From positions 1 through 64,000 of the forward strand of contig NW_003314267.1 of NCBI RefSeq assembly GCF_000143415.4: 64,000 nt of DNA, given 5' to 3'. The notes beneath the pieces were generated by a model. The model searched no databases. It had not been told where the DNA came from and was given only the letters and a program-made list of their open reading frames with translations. The stretch is from Selaginella moellendorffii (Eukaryota; Plantae; Lycopodiophyta). Position numbers and translations under genes: made by a program. Below are positions 61,290 to 64,000 of this stretch, one piece after another (the first letter of the stretch is position 1; each line of letters begins with the position of its first letter).

Positions 61290-62395
61290 CGAAGTAAAAC
61301 CTTGAGGAAGAAAAAAACCGCTAAAAAACGAAAGAGAAAAGAAGAAAAAAAAAACAGAGAAACACAAAGAAGCATTTTTGAAGACGTCTATAGCTGCTAA
61401 ATAGCTGTGCCATGAGAAGGGTCGGGGAATCAAAGCTGGAAAATTTGCGCTACGAAGAAAAGGGGTGGTTTTGCAGTCTCGCTCTTTCCCTCTTTCTCTC
61501 TCGCTCTCTCTCGCTCGTTTCCAATAAGGACCAAGAACAGTGGCTCCCCTCTTTACTTTCTCTCTTGTACATGAAACAAAATCCTCGCTTTTTTTCTACC
61601 TTTGTTGAAAAATCTCCACACAGCAACGCGGAGAAAATTAACGCAAGAAGAAAAAGGAGAGAAGAAAGAAGGGGAGTGTTTTTTTTTCTTTTTTGACGCG
61701 AACAACGTGATAAAGTGTAATGTTTTAGCGCATATAACATTGGTTTGTAACATCTGCTGGATGGATTTGTAACACTGGCACGATGGCTTGTCTCTAAACT
61801 TGGTTGCGAGAAATCTCCGGTACGGACGTGTCGCGGGGGGGCAGTCCGTACAGGGGGACGGCATAGCGCAAGGAATGAATGAGTGAAGATCCGATTGCGA
61901 TTCTGTTGGAGGCCAACAAGCCAACAGTCTGAGTGGCCAACAAGGAAAATGAGCGCAACAAATATTCTTACCGATCTCAACACTGGAAGGGGCATGTCTT
62001 GTACGGCAGCCGATTCATTGCCGCGGGGAGGAGGAAAAATCCTTTTTTTCTTTGCTGGGCATTACGGAGACATGGAAGCAACAGCTGGCGTGATTCTCTC
62101 CAATGTTTAACGAGGAAAAGAAAAAAGAGTTCCAGAGATGGTCTTTTTTATTTACAAGAGGAAAATCTCTGCGTCGCAAAATCTTAGTTTGCGGCGGTGC
62201 CATGATCAAAATGGTCCCTGTTTCCAATCAAAGAAAAGAAAAAAACGGAGAGAGAGAGAGAGAGATGGCCTTAGAGAGAAAGATGATCAAAATGGTCTTT
62301 GTAGAAGAGAGATCAAGAGAGATTCAAAATGGAAGAGAGAGCCATCATCTTTGTAGAAAAAATGAGAGAGAGAGAGAGAGAGCAAAGAACTTTGT

Positions 62396-64000
62396 TTACC
62401 CGCTCATAGAGTTCGCCGAGACAACGAGGGGAACGCGTACGGAATGACCCTTGTCGCCGTCCCAGATCATATACCCGAAGGTGAACTGCTGGTTGGTCTG
62501 CGTCGCGGTGAGCGTCACGTTGATGACCACTGGCTTGCCGGTCCTGGCCTTGAAAACCCGTGGCTTCACCGACACGTCCACCCCCGCTGGATGCCTCACC
62601 GTGACGTTGTAAGTTTCCTCGCCGCCCAAGTTTACCACGGTTCGCTGCACCACCCGGCTGCCTATCAAGTTCGCCACCGTGATGTACGGCATGTTGAGGT
62701 CCGAGGGGTTCTTGTTTTCAGGCCCGCAATGAGCCCCCGTCGAGTACTCCACCGAGTTTTGGTCGGCCCCCGGGATCTCGCACAGGAAGTCCACGTAGTC
62801 CTGGAATCCTGGAAACGAGGAAGACGAGCGTTACAAGTTTGTGAAAGCTCTGGATCGAGAAAACGAGAAAAACCAAGCTTACCAACGTCGAAGACAAGGC
62901 CTGGATCGAGCGCTGCGGTGGCGTTGATAGCACCACTGCCAATGTCGAAGGGGCAGGCCCGGCCGATCGCCTGGGACGAGTTGGAGTACGGCTGCTCGGC
63001 TCGCGTCCAGCGGTCGCGGTTGTCGAAGTTGTCCGCGGTGGTCATGATCGCCGAGCGGATGGTTGAGGCGCGCCACCTCGGGTACTTTTGGATCAAGAGC
63101 GCGGCGATTCCAGCGACGTGTGGAGTGGCCATGCTCGTCCCGGAAAGCATGGCAAAGTTGCGACCTGGTATATAGAGTTCGTAAGAAAAAGAACGAGAAG
63201 CTAAAGTTACAGGCTTGCCTGTGAAAGAGTTTGCGTCGGTTCCTTTGGGTGTCCATGCACCCCATATCTGGTTTCCAGGTGCGAGGACGTCTGGTTTCAT
63301 CACGTCTGCTACCAGGGACGTAACCGTGTCAGCGTAGACCGGGCCTCTGGAAGAATACGAGGCCACTCTCGGTGCTTCCAATGGATATAAGGGGTGTCTC
63401 GAGTCCTCGATCCTGGCTTGTGCATCGAACCTCAACACTTGGCCCTTGCTGTCTTTCACAGTCTTCTCGTTGTAGTGTTGTAGTATGAGCTGCCAGAGCG
63501 AAAAAGGAACAAGTTAAGAAGCTTAGAAACAAAACAGCTTACGGCTGACGCGTTTGGATCCACCACAAAGCTCGCGGGTATCGTGAAAGGAATTGGATCA
63601 AAGACCGTGTCTTTGGTTGGCGTTTTCTCGGCAGATGTTGGGAAGACAATGAGGAGGCCAGCAGCTCCCGTGGCAATGGCAGTTGCGAGAGCGCCTTCGA
63701 TTTGTGTGACTGCACCACCAGAAAAGTAGTCGACAAAGTTGCAAATGAGAATCTTCCCGCTGACGAGAGTCTTGTTGAAAGGCGAGGGGTCGGAGCAGTA
63801 AGAGTAAAACTCCTGGTCGAAGGAAGTCACGCCGGCGATGTACGCATCCTGGGAATAAATCAAAGGATACAACTTGCGAGCGCTGGTTCCAGCTACAGAG
63901 CAAATGGTTCCCAAGGTTAGCGATGGCCTTCTACGAGAGTATTTCACACGCTTACCTGTTAGACCAGTTCCATACACCCATTGCCCGTTGCCGAGAATTA
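62396..64000 (-). CDS. Subtilisin-like serine protease (SBT2-like), 3' part; 5' end lies beyond the window
   Basis: PA-domain GKILIC, APRVASYSSRGP, MKPDVLAPG.QIW.AW, catalytic FAMLSGTSMATPHVAGIAAL, PFDIGSG and DLNMPYIT, then Fn-III-like GHSVRVPLVV. Confidence 0.95.

Overview
This is eukaryotic land-plant nuclear DNA. The introns are very short (mostly about 45-80 nt) and the genes are tightly packed. Together with a PPR fragment and the Aux/IAA type, this points to a lycophyte such as Selaginella (inference). Gene-dense blocks alternate with AT-rich, heavily decayed transposon blocks at about 1-6.4 kb, 10.9-18.2 kb and 40.8-44.9 kb. These blocks include a Ty3/gypsy relic with recognisable gag zinc knuckle, RT and integrase motifs. 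Genes in order: GH27 alpha-galactosidase; histone H4 (V21H variant); NUS1/LEW1; CYSTM; peroxisomal ABCD1/COMATOSE; a small Cys/His-rich protein; ATP sulfurylase; an intronless BTB/NPH3-like protein; SOUL protein 1; DONSON; a PPR remnant; an intronless archaeal-type (STAND-like) P-loop ATPase; four LEA_2/NHL genes with SOUL protein 2 among them; a GPI-type LTP; FHIT; mitochondrial PNPase; Aux/IAA; and the 3' part of a subtilase. Most notable are: a 3-nt microexon in FHIT between a U2 intron and a U12 AT-AC intron; the H4 V21H variant next to K20; the stand-alone STAND-like ATPase; a natural 10-bp-period AuxRE triplet upstream of Aux/IAA; and FHIT and PNPase start codons only 51 nt apart. Exon structures and coordinates were read by eye, and transposon boundaries are approximate.
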